A DNA stretch of 64,000 nt from Octopus bimaculoides. Its lineage: Eukaryota. Positions 55,401 to 63,342 of this stretch are shown in pieces; position 1 is the stretch's first letter, and every line of letters begins with the position of its first letter. Where the stretch lies: NCBI RefSeq assembly GCF_001194135.2, contig NC_068987.1, positions 38,668,905 through 38,732,904 on the forward strand. Reading direction: 5' to 3'. The position numbers were made by a program, and so were the translations under genes. The notes under the pieces were generated by a model that was not told where the DNA came from, did not search any database, and was given only the letters and a program-made list of their open reading frames with translations.

Positions 55401-57690
55401 TTCAATGATCCCCGCTCTCTCCACTTCTGTACATCACAACCATAGGGCACACTGCAGATATTAGAAATTTTGAGAGGCATCTGTTGAACTAGGATGTGAG
55501 AGATCCGTGTTTGCATAGGACATCACCAATACTGCCTCGAGTTCAGTCATTGAAACAGTAACACATTCTAGAGTACTTTTTTTCAAAGATTCTTTGCCAT
55601 TATTTTTTATAATCTCTTTTAATTTTCCTTGGAATCATCAGAATATAAACTTCTTGATGTGATAAAATAGCAATAACCTTATGTCATTCATTTGCATAAA
55701 ATGGAACTCCCTTTAAAACTCAGAAATGAATTAGAAGTGCAAGGATTTCAAATGAATATAATGATTTCAAGTCCCAAAGTATATTTTTCTAAATATTTTG
55801 ATATTTACTATCTATTTAGTAGTGCATGCCTGGATATGAAATTTCCTCTATTAAGATACATTTCATACTGCTAATCATTTATCTGTTAAATCTTTAGACA
55901 ACTAGGAACAGTAAGCACACAGTTCTATCAATAATAAAGTTAAATTTTTTTCATATCGCTCTCAAATACTATTAGAGATTAGTGTAACCCCTAAAATAGC
56001 AATTAAAAGCAGGTTTGTAACATAAACTAATGAAGAAATGCGCCGCTGATGCAGAATCATAATTCATTGAATTATATAATTATGTATTTCATATCATAAA
56101 TTTTTTTTATAGAACCGAAACATGGATAAAGATACTGTGATAGCAAGTACGCTAAGTTTCTCATGATAGACTAAAAGTTTCTCATGTGAGATCAAAATGT
56201 CTCATGATATGAGCACAAAAAGAAAGAAGATACTTGCAGACATCTTTCGTTTTTTGCTCAAAGTCAAGTAAATTTTGCTGATCACTGATATCGGGCTTCA
56301 CACCAGGCCATATTCGATGTTATATTTTGGAAACATCGACATTTTAAAAGAGGATGAAGAGCATTGAACTACAATAACTTTATTGGCACAAACACAATAT
56401 GAAATTTGGAACCCACTAAAACCATTGGGGAATAGATTTCTTTTGCAATATACTGAAATACATCTCGTTTGTAATCGCTTGAAGAAGTATTATATATTTA
56501 CGTGATTGCTATTATATGTTTACGTGATTGAAACAAAAATCTAACCTCCACGACCATCACTCAAGCTCTCTAGAATATCTTTTGCATCTCGCAAATCAGA
56601 ATTCAATTCTGGATGACCGGCATCTTCACATTGACTAATAACTTTCTCCAAAGCAGCCATGTTTCTAGCTTCAATTGCTTTCTGTAATTCTCTACGTAAT
56701 GTATCTGGAGAAGCTACATATAAGAAAACGAAATAGATTTGGATTTCATTAGGCCATTAGCATAAAGATAACTTCACCATTCATTTTTAGAATCAAAGCA
56801 AAATTTAATAACAAAATTGATAAGCAATTAAAGTATATATTTACAACTACTAGAACTACAGTAATATTCAACGATTGTACGAATTGGAAAGCTTTACGTA
56901 CATATAATATACGTATACCACCTTTATACAACTTTTCAATGATTTTTATCACGAAGGAGAAAAAGTCTCGTAAAAATGATGGCATTACTGAGAAAAAATT
57001 GCTCAATATCAACTTTCAAACCTTCATATTTTCGTCGCTCATCCAGTTTGCTTCTGGCATATTCTATATCAGAGTCCAATTCCAGCATTCCAGCAGCAAT
57101 GCATTTATCAAGAATTTCCTCAATATCTTCTATGTTGCCTTCCATAACTGCTTTTTGCAGTTCTTCACGAAGGGCGAAAGGGGATAATATTCCTAAAACA
57201 TTATCCAAGTACATATTGTTTACAATACAGAAATTGAGAAACAAGAAAATTCCTAAAATGTGTCATATAACAATAATATAATTTTGAAAGGCAAAATCTT
57301 AGAAATGGCTTAAAAATTTTTTTTTATGGTTTTAATCAGCAGTTAAAAACTGTACTCTGTTTAAACATTACAAGAACTAACTACTGATGAAAGAAATTTA
57401 TTTAGACATGGAATGTTTAACTCCAGGCTAACCTCCACGACCACCTCCGAGACTTTCGAGGGCATCTCTTGCTTTACGGAGGTCAGATGCCAATTCAGGG
57501 TATCCGGCTTCCTCACATTCTTGTATGGATTTTTTCAAATTTTCAGGATCTTTCTTTCTCATGTCTCTTAATAATTGGTTGCGGAGAAAAATTGGAGACT
57601 TTTTGTCTGTTAGAAGAGTGGTTGAGAAAATATCATTATGAACTTGCACTGTAGACAAACAGTAAATAATTTCTTCAGGAAATATTCATA

Positions 57691-57726
<36 letters not shown>

Positions 57727-58994
57727 AATGATGATGATGATGATGATGCTAACGATTCTGCCAACTCGCCGCCTTGATGGTAATAATAATATTAATAATG
57801 ATGATGATGATGATGATGCAAATTATCATCATCATTACCGAAAGGATGAAAGGCAAAGTCGACCTCGGCGGAATTTGAACTCAGACGCGCTAACGATTCC
57901 AAATTTTGGCACAAGGCAAGCAATTTCGGGAAGGGATAAGTTGGAGGAATTTCAACCATGTTTCGTGGTCTGCTACCACAACAGCTCCTTTATAGGATCC
58001 AGTTAGCTCAAGACATCATCAGGAGGAATCACGTCCGGTTTCGGCCCCTACTCCTCTACCGTTTTGACGTGGCGGGGCCCTTCCTTTCGGAGCCAGATTA
58101 GCTGCCAATTTTCGAATAAGTTTATTGAAAATTTTAAAATTTGGTACATTACTGTAATTTTTCGAGCTGAATCTCAGGAAAAATTTTAAAATTTTTCTGG
58201 AAAAAGTGAAATAAATTATAGAGGTTTAAAATTTGATAATTTTTACCCAGTCAGAAAACAGGATTTGGAAGCTGTCATTTTGTGCGTGACTGCACATTTT
58301 ATCAACATCCTGAAAATTGCACATGTTATCAATTTTCCGAAAATAGCACGTGTTTTTATATGAAACTGTAAACAAATGAATTATGTACGACATATAACCC
58401 CTCATAACTTATTTATTTTTTGGAATTATCAGAAATTTGTATTCTAAACGCAAGAATTCATACTATTATGCAAAATGCAAAAAATGGGCATAAACAGCAG
58501 TATACAGCGGCAACATGTGGTTTCGCGTAAAATATATTTGTCAACACATGTGCATAGAATATATTCCTCTTAGTTGCAAACAAAAGAGTTTTCATGTTTG
58601 GTGTGTTACTATGGAAACAGGCATGAATGTGTCTGTGGCTTACGATTGGCTAAAATTACCCAAAATTTTCAAATTTTAAAAGCTAATAACATTTCAATTA
58701 TTGATTTATTGCGAAAATAAAACCATATCATTACACCCAATATGAAATCAATTCGAGCAGGAATTGAAGAGATTAAATATTTGCAGCCAAATAGAAAAGA
58801 TCTGATAAGTCGATTATATCGACCCTAGTGCTCAAATGATATTTATTTTATCGATCCCGAAAGAATGAAAGGGAGAGTGAACCTCGGCGAAATTTGAACT
58901 CAGAAGGTAAAGACGGACGAAATGCCATTAAACAATTTGCCCGGCATGCTAACGATTCTGCCAAATCGCCGCCTTGACGGTAATAATAATATCA

Positions 58995-59072
<78 letters not shown>

Positions 59073-59115
59073 CAGCAAATTATCATCATCATCATTACTG
59101 CTGTTGCTGCTGCTG

Positions 59116-59184
<69 letters not shown>

Positions 59185-60690
59185 AGCTAATATCAGAAGA
59201 AATTTAAGACTTAACTACATAAACTTAAGTTTTCATTTATTTTGTAAAGCATTTATTGAATGTAAGGCTATTTTCGTGTTTTCACTATAGTGTACATAAA
59301 TATTAACAATATATATTGATGTCAAACATCCGATTACCAATTTTAATCACAGTTCTATATGTATCACACGCAGAAACACACACGCACATACATGTATATA
59401 GATGCAGAGATACATATTTAAGTTTAATCCATAATGGTGAGTCCGACAAAATATATTTTGTTTCGCCCGATGGCCCTGTTAAGGACCTTGTAAAACACAT
59501 ACAAACTAGTCATATAGATATGTGTGCGCGTGAGAGTCTGTGTGTGTGTGCGTGTGTGGGGGGTTGTGTTACACTGGCTTTATCACAGATAATTCTACAT
59601 TTTAATATCTTTTATTCAATTTCAACTCAACTCTGATTCAATAATATCGAGCAATAATTCTGGTGGACTGCCTTATAGCTATATTTCGTATTTTTATTCC
59701 AATTACTTGTCCTCATCCTTTTGAATCTTATAAATGATTCCGCATAACAACTCCAACTTATCCCTTAGTCAGCTTATCTATCCACTATTATGCGTTATTA
59801 ATGAATCTTTAGTTTCCTAAATCTGTCAGTTACTATCCCTGGCGTGTAATCTGTTGCAATAGATCTAATGAATGAGAGCTAATATGACACTTTGTCTTCA
59901 CAGTGCCCCTGCTTAGTTGTTTCTCAGATAACAACTTACTACTTCATTACTACGATATTGTTACCCCTACATATTTATTTAACCAATTCAGCTATGTAGG
60001 TTGTTATTCCATTTACACTAAATCTGATGAAATGATTGGTTGAAAGTTTCATTTAATATCGTATGGTTTTATGATAATTGATATAATATTTTCAATAATT
60101 ACCGGCTCGAACTTGACTGGTTAATAAATGTAAAACCGTCATCTGCATTCCTTTGTATTACACACACACACAAATACACACACATACACAGACACAGACA
60201 CACACACACACACACATGCACGCACGCGCGCACACACACACACACACACACAAACACATATGTATTATATGTACGCGTGCATATAATATTATATTTATAT
60301 TATATTTTGTTACATTGACACATCCTCACACCGAAATTATTAATTTAGAAAGCTTTGTACAAAATGTATAAGATCGCTGCGATAGCAATGTATTATTGCA
60401 AATATAATCATAAAAAACATAAAACAAATAAGATATAAATTTTACTCTGTTAATATTTTTAAAATATTAAATTTCTTAATAATGTTTCTTAGTCGGGTTG
60501 AAATAATTGTTCTAACCTCCTGTGCCACCACCAAGTTTATCTGATAGATCTCTGGCTTGTTGTATGTCAGCATCCATTTCGGGAAATCCAGCAATCACAC
60601 ACTCGCGAATGGCTTTATTCAAAGTAATTTTATCTTTTAATTTCATTGCATCATTTAGTTTTTTCCTTAAGGTTTCTGGACACATTGATC
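10890..60690 (-). CDS. Multi-exon gene (5' part not found in window) for a large tandem helical-repeat protein: 17 one-repeat exons plus 3 terminal exons, ~1204 aa in window
   Basis: All 20 exons have AG acceptors with pyrimidine tracts and GT donors. Phases are compatible (1-1 x17, then 1-0, 0-0, 0-stop). Summed length is 3614 nt with no in-frame stop until TGA at 10890-10892. Junction codons checked by hand. Confidence 0.9.
12471..12656 (-). CDS. Terminal-region exon C2 (186 nt)
   Basis: gtcacag|GCA TGG ... TGG|gtaaat; [62 protein letters not shown]; phase 0-0. Confidence 0.87.
13863..14152 (-). CDS. Terminal-region exon C1 (290 nt): degenerate 18th repeat plus start of the C-terminal domain
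   Basis: tttttctttccttcgcacag|AA CTC GAA ... GAG|gtatgt; (K)[57 protein letters not shown]...[15 protein letters not shown]; phase 1 to 0. Confidence 0.88.
14290..14365 (+). mobile_element. SINE family B, 5' fragment
   Basis: GGCGCAGG..TGGCTGTGTGGTAAG...GGTTTAGTCCC tRNA-like head, matching fuller copies at 33191 and 46811. Confidence 0.75.
14385..15164. mobile_element. Foldback/MITE-like element with ~125-bp inverted arms around a pyrimidine-rich core
   Basis: 14385-14509 is the reverse complement (~85% by eye) of 15040-15164, e.g. CTCTGAGTTTCACCTGTAGGTGCAC..GGCAAGTTGTTACTGGAAAATTGATGG; T/C-rich spacer at 14720-15000. Confidence 0.75.
15400..15615 (+). mobile_element. SINE family A
   Basis: GAGCTGG..GAATCGTTAGC head, GAGTTCAAAT B-box, AAATAAGTACCAG..GTCGATGTAATCGACT body. 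Confidence 0.85.
16066..16248 (-). CDS. Repeat exon R17 (183 nt)
   Basis: tttttag|CA AGA AGC ... GAC A|gtaaga; (S)[60 protein letters not shown]. Confidence 0.9.
17352..17525 (-). CDS. Repeat exon R16 (174 nt)
   Basis: tttctag|CT CCA AAA ... AGA T|gttagt; (A)[57 protein letters not shown]. Confidence 0.92.
17835..18012 (-). mobile_element. SINE family A
   Basis: Reverse complement of the family A unit (CGACCCC..GGGTGAAAGACAAAGCCGACCTCGGCGGAATTTGAACTCAG). Confidence 0.85.
18990..20130 (+). mobile_element. Decayed R4/Dong-like non-LTR retrotransposon RT fragment
   Basis: [23 protein letters not shown]...[24 protein letters not shown] matches the YMDDL/FGxxKC/RGKxxxxEG pattern of R4/Dong RTs. 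Confidence 0.65.
20356..20529 (-). CDS. Repeat exon R15 (174 nt)
   Basis: ttttcag|GT TCA AAG ... AAA G|gtaagt; (G)[57 protein letters not shown]. Confidence 0.94.
21186..21359 (-). CDS. Repeat exon R14 (174 nt; absent from ORF track)
   Basis: caaatag|CT ACA AAA ... GGA G|gtaagt; (A)[57 protein letters not shown]. Confidence 0.93.
21407..21760. repeat. Representative (CA)n / N-gap / (TAGA)n-(CAGA)n-(CAGG)n microsatellite block; similar blocks flank nearly every N-gap
   Basis: Visible directly. Gaps at about 4534-5228, 15214-15317, 21454-21599, 23293-23462, 33876-34048, 35234-35657, 45976-46504, 47216-47225, 51084-51832, 61191-61598 and 62351-63225. Confidence 0.95.
21763..22957 (+). mobile_element. 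Defective mariner transposon (~1.2 kb)
   Basis: [10 protein letters not shown]...[16 protein letters not shown] (HDNA and YSPDLAPSDY motifs); frameshifted N-terminus from ATG at ~21881; degenerate TIRs TTGA..CAAAAGT at both ends. Confidence 0.85.
23640..24520 (-). mobile_element. Penelope-like element RT relic
   Basis: [12 protein letters not shown]...[19 protein letters not shown] resembles the PLE GxAMGTxMAPxYANLFM...RYIDD region; downstream HSIL..S.HP..MYSI..LRWLC. Confidence 0.6.
24620..24793 (-). CDS. Repeat exon R13 (174 nt)
   Basis: acaaaag|GT ATA AAA ... GGA G|gtaaga; (G)[57 protein letters not shown]. Confidence 0.92.
26145..26960 (-). mobile_element. CR1/L2-type LINE fragment: AP endonuclease N-terminus plus upstream ORF1 end
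   Basis: ORF 26145-26582: [23 protein letters not shown]...GGVAVYIRE...TYRPP...LLGDFNF. Confidence 0.85.
27600..27855 (-). mobile_element. Penelope-like GIY-YIG C-terminal relic (same family as 250-700)
   Basis: [55 protein letters not shown] shares [11 protein letters not shown] and LLNK with the copy at 250-700. Confidence 0.7.
28010..28953 (-). mobile_element. Truncated Tc1/mariner (maT/DD37D-like) transposon
   Basis: End TA|CAGGATGTCTCAGAAAG at 28953. [17 protein letters not shown] (HTH), [20 protein letters not shown] and [12 protein letters not shown]; 3' end missing. Confidence 0.75.
29760..30030 (-). mobile_element. RTE LINE 3' relic
   Basis: [27 protein letters not shown]...EDLALER, typical of the RTE ORF C-terminus. 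Confidence 0.55.
31712..31891 (-). CDS. Repeat exon R12 (180 nt, strongly diverged; alternative acceptor possible at 31837)
   Basis: agtttag|AT TTC TTT ... GGA G|gttagc; open frame. EYPE-x8-R-x2-LQQL is in exact register with R7 and the exon ends in the typical GG|gttag. Confidence 0.6.
33191..33558 (+). mobile_element. Full-length SINE family B
   Basis: tRNA-like head (GGTAAG A-box region, GGGTTCAGTCCC B-box), CTACTATAGCC body, and tail GGCGGTACTCCAACATGGCC...TGAAACAAGTAAAA. Confidence 0.9.
34291..34464 (-). CDS. Repeat exon R11 (174 nt, diverged)
   Basis: ttaccag|GT ATA AAA ... AGA G|gtgggt; (G)[57 protein letters not shown]. Confidence 0.8.
36554..36730 (-). CDS. Repeat exon R10 (177 nt; absent from ORF track)
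   Basis: ttcaccag|GA GTA AAG ... TCA G|gttggt; (G)[58 protein letters not shown]. Confidence 0.9.
37879..38052 (-). CDS. Repeat exon R9 (174 nt; absent from ORF track)
   Basis: caactag|AT ATT ACT ... GGA G|gttagt; (H)[57 protein letters not shown]. Confidence 0.9.
39517..39690 (-). CDS. Repeat exon R8 (174 nt)
   Basis: ttaccag|GG AAT ACA ... GGA C|gtaaga; (G)[57 protein letters not shown]. Confidence 0.92.
40329..40514 (-). CDS. Repeat exon R7 (186 nt; absent from ORF track)
   Basis: aattttag|AT TCC AAA ... GAA G|gttagc; (D)[61 protein letters not shown]. Confidence 0.88.
41900..43350 (+). mobile_element. Old RTE-like LINE relic (EN to RT)
   Basis: Stop-riddled motifs LLEDC, KDGKH...YIMIS...VKDSKSF (endonuclease), then GYGTTT and [10 protein letters not shown] (RT). 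Confidence 0.5.
43950..44094 (+). mobile_element. SINE family A, 3' part with LINE-like tail
   Basis: GTCGACTTTGCTTTTCATCCTTTCGGGGTCGAT body, then TGTTTGTCCCCTCT...TGTGGGCAACAAAGAAATAA tail. Confidence 0.8.
45200..45340 (+). mobile_element. Small CR1/L2 endonuclease relic
   Basis: [25 protein letters not shown] parallels [14 protein letters not shown]...GG at 26.4 kb. Confidence 0.4.
45720..45960 (-). mobile_element. SINE family B, 3' half
   Basis: Reverse complement matches 46940-47165 closely. Confidence 0.9.
46540..46810 (+). mobile_element. RTE LINE RT C-terminal fragment
   Basis: [14 protein letters not shown]...[12 protein letters not shown] and [21 protein letters not shown]...IKWEDRI..LEIL. 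Confidence 0.75.
46811..47165 (+). mobile_element. Full-length SINE family B
   Basis: GGCGCAGGAGTGGCTGTGTGGTAAGTAG...GGGTTCAGTCCCACTG head through GAAACAAGTAAAAGAGTA tail. Confidence 0.9.
48080..48253 (-). CDS. Repeat exon R6 (174 nt; absent from ORF track)
   Basis: ttttgtag|GA TCG ACG ... GGT G|gtgaga; (G)[57 protein letters not shown]. Confidence 0.93.
49552..49725 (-). CDS. Repeat exon R5 (174 nt)
   Basis: atagtag|GA ACA AAG ... GAA G|gtttgg; (G)[57 protein letters not shown]. Confidence 0.82.
50750..50900 (+). mobile_element. SINE family B, 5' fragment
   Basis: GCAGGTGTGGCTGTGGTAAG...TTCAGTCCC...CTTCTACTATAGCC. Confidence 0.75.
51915..52290 (-). mobile_element. RTE-like LINE 3' end relic
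   Basis: [40 protein letters not shown] resembles the RLxWxGHVxRM...RGRPRxRWxD terminus. Confidence 0.6.
52610..53005 (-). mobile_element. Third tRNA-derived SINE family (~400 bp)
   Basis: Reverse complement starts GGAAGCGCAATGGCCCAGTGGTTAGGGCAGCGGACT...GGTTTCGATTCCC (tRNA A and B boxes) and ends in a (CAA)n tail. Confidence 0.85.
54100..55440 (+). mobile_element. Decayed Tx1-clade LINE ORF2
   Basis: [15 protein letters not shown] (endonuclease) and [19 protein letters not shown] linker, with later RT-like remnants; many stops and deletions. Confidence 0.6.
55461..55627 (-). pseudogene. Degenerate repeat copy (pseudo-exon) in the R4-R5 intron
   Basis: ttccaag|GA AAA TTA ... [34 protein letters not shown] aligns with R5 ([33 protein letters not shown]). 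In-frame TGA TGA lie just upstream, TAA at 55461, and no phase-1 donor was seen. Confidence 0.55.
56546..56713 (-). CDS. Repeat exon R4 (168 nt; absent from ORF track)
   Basis: tatgtag|CT TCT CCA ... GGA G|gttaga; (A)[55 protein letters not shown]. Confidence 0.92.
57022..57192 (-). CDS. Repeat exon R3 (171 nt)
   Basis: gttttag|GA ATA TTA ... GAA G|gtttga; (G)[56 protein letters not shown]. Confidence 0.88.
57433..57606 (-). CDS. Repeat exon R2 (174 nt)
   Basis: ctaacag|AC AAA AAG ... GGA G|gttagc; (D)[57 protein letters not shown]. Confidence 0.92.
57690..57945 (-). mobile_element. Rearranged SINE family A pieces with (GAT)n tracts
   Basis: GCTAACGATTCTGCCAACTCGCC head and AAAGGCAAAGTCGACCTCGGCGGAATTTGAACTCAG body, out of normal order. 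Confidence 0.7.
58790..58980 (-). mobile_element. SINE family A
   Basis: Reverse complement of the full family A unit. Confidence 0.85.
58995..59185. repeat. Compound trinucleotide microsatellite (GAT)n-(CAT)n-(CTG)n-(CTA)n
   Basis: Directly visible; explains the poly-M/D/T/Y pseudo-ORFs. Confidence 0.95.
59620..59780 (-). pseudogene. Possible heavily decayed repeat copy in the R1-R2 intron
   Basis: LRDKL, then AIRQ, then PPELLLDI appear in the expected order across ~105 nt, but in different frames and with stops. Confidence 0.3.
60517..60690 (-). CDS. Repeat exon R1 (174 nt)
   Basis: cccgtag|GA TCA ATG ... GGA G|gttaga; (G)[57 protein letters not shown]. Confidence 0.92.
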
Positions 60691-61598
60691 CTACGGGATG
60701 AAAATTAATGAAGATAATCTTTAAAATAATTGGTTGTTGCAACCTTAATATTTTATTATATTCTTATTATATTCATACTTTATTATATTCTTTTACAAAT
60801 TTCAGGTATTTGACTGCGGTCGAGTTAGAACACCAACATCAAAACGCTATTCGACTATATTGAAACTGGTACTTATTTTCTTTGCTGAAACATTACAATA
60901 CATAGAGTTGAGAATCAAGCAAAGATACCACAGACATACGCACAAATATACAAATAGATAGATAGATAAATTAAGAGAGATATCACAGCCTTCTGTATAG
61001 GTCCCGTCTAACAAATTTACTCTCAATGTATTGGTCAATTCGAGAGTGTAGAAAGCATTTACCACATTTATTACAGTCCTAATGTGCAACCTCATGGTTT
61101 CAAGAAAACTTCTTAATCACAAAACTATGCTTTTACATCCCTCCCCCTCTGTATGTCTGTCTATCTATGTATATATATATATATATATATNNNNNNNNNN
61201 NNNNNNNNNNNNNNNNNNNNNNNNNNNNNNNNNNNNNNNNNNNNNNNNNNNNNNNNNNNNNNNNNNNNNNNNNNNNNNNNNNNNNNNNNNNNNNNNNNNN
61301 NNNNNNNNNNNNNNNNNNNNNNNNNNNNNNNNNNNNNNNNNNNNNNNNNNNNNNNNNNNNNNNNNNNNNNNNNNNNNNNNNNNNNNNNNNNNNNNNNNNN
61401 NNNNNNNNNNNNNNNNNNNNNNNNNNNNNNNNNNNNNNNNNNNNNNNNNNNNNNNNNNNNNNNNNNNNNNNNNNNNNNNNNNNNNNNNNNNNNNNNNNNN
61501 NNNNNNNNNNNNNNNNNNNNNNNNNNNNNNNNNNNNNNNNNNNNNNNNNNNNNNNNNNNNNNNNNNNNNNNNNNNNNNNNNNNNNNNNNNNNNNNNNN

Positions 61599-61661
<63 letters not shown>

Positions 61662-61689
61662 TGTATGTATATATTTGTGTGTGTGTTTG

Positions 61690-61862
61690 TGTTTGTCCTG
61701 CCACTATCGCTTGACAACAGAAGTTTACGTCCCCGGTAAGAGACCGATAGAATAAGTACTAGGCTTACAAAAAATAAGCTCTGGAGTCGATATGTTCTAC
61801 TAAAGGCGGTGCTCCAGCGTGGCCGTAGTCAAATGACTCAAACAAGTAAAAGAATAAAAGAG
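61690..61862 (+). mobile_element. SINE family B, 3' part
   Basis: CGCTTGACAAC...GACCGATAGAATAAGTACTAGGCTTACAAA...AAGGCGGTGCTCCAGC...AAACAAGTAAAAGAATAAAAG. Confidence 0.8.
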
Positions 61863-63225
61863 TATATATATACGTTTATATATTCGTTTTGCAAGATTTT
61901 TGATGTGAATTCGTGTCTTGAAACAGATATTGTTGTATTTGGGGATGGTTATGTTGCCAGTTTAGCTAATGGCCGCCAACACCTTTTGCTGCAAAATACG
62001 GTTCTAAAAGCAAACTTCGTTTGTTTGTTTACGTTTATCGTAATTTGAATTTTATATATATATATATGCATATGCTTATTTATCATTTGTATTATTATAT
62101 CATCGAACGCACGCGTCGATTTGCAAGTATATATATTCAGTACAAATGTATGGGATTGTGCATGTATTTTCAAAATCGGAAATTATATATATATATCAAC
62201 ACATGTACATTTACTTAGTACGAAAATTGACTATAAGGCATAATTGCTATAACACATTGCACCAGGTATATTTTAAGGTCATTTTATGAACTGAATATTT
62301 AATATTATGTTATGTATATACATATTGAAGTAACAGTAAAACATAATGTANNNNNNNNNNNNNNNNNNNNNNNNNNNNNNNNNNNNNNNNNNNNNNNNNN
62401 NNNNNNNNNNNNNNNNNNNNNNNNNNNNNNNNNNNNNNNNNNNNNNNNNNNNNNNNNNNNNNNNNNNNNNNNNNNNNNNNNNNNNNNNNNNNNNNNNNNN
62501 NNNNNNNNNNNNNNNNNNNNNNNNNNNNNNNNNNNNNNNNNNNNNNNNNNNNNNNNNNNNNNNNNNNNNNNNNNNNNNNNNNNNNNNNNNNNNNNNNNNN
62601 NNNNNNNNNNNNNNNNNNNNNNNNNNNNNNNNNNNNNNNNNNNNNNNNNNNNNNNNNNNNNNNNNNNNNNNNNNNNNNNNNNNNNNNNNNNNNNNNNNNN
62701 NNNNNNNNNNNNNNNNNNNNNNNNNNNNNNNNNNNNNNNNNNNNNNNNNNNNNNNNNNNNNNNNNNNNNNNNNNNNNNNNNNNNNNNNNNNNNNNNNNNN
62801 NNNNNNNNNNNNNNNNNNNNNNNNNNNNNNNNNNNNNNNNNNNNNNNNNNNNNNNNNNNNNNNNNNNNNNNNNNNNNNNNNNNNNNNNNNNNNNNNNNNN
62901 NNNNNNNNNNNNNNNNNNNNNNNNNNNNNNNNNNNNNNNNNNNNNNNNNNNNNNNNNNNNNNNNNNNNNNNNNNNNNNNNNNNNNNNNNNNNNNNNNNNN
63001 NNNNNNNNNNNNNNNNNNNNNNNNNNNNNNNNNNNNNNNNNNNNNNNNNNNNNNNNNNNNNNNNNNNNNNNNNNNNNNNNNNNNNNNNNNNNNNNNNNNN
63101 NNNNNNNNNNNNNNNNNNNNNNNNNNNNNNNNNNNNNNNNNNNNNNNNNNNNNNNNNNNNNNNNNNNNNNNNNNNNNNNNNNNNNNNNNNNNNNNNNNNN
63201 NNNNNNNNNNNNNNNNNNNNNNNNN

Positions 63226-63270
<45 letters not shown>

Positions 63271-63342
63271 ATATATATATTGATAGGAAGGACAACAAAA
63301 GAAAGAAAGAGACCTCGATATTATGTAAATAGAGGAATTTAT

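Noticed and set aside
57955-58096. Minus-strand CTGATGA and GAAAC motifs suggesting a hammerhead ribozyme
   Set aside because: The core motifs are in the wrong spacing or degenerate (CTGTTGT before the best stem II), and I could not fold a canonical three-stem junction. At most a Penelope-type vestige; a hammerhead covariance-model search would settle it.
10890-60690. Assigning a gene symbol (hillarin, KY or DNAH)
   Set aside because: The resemblance is limited to the C-terminal module and is from memory. No transglutaminase, LIM or AAA domain is present in the window.
765-61862. tRNA genes
   Set aside because: All A/B-box-like segments continue into SINE bodies and tails, and none folds into a complete cloverleaf.
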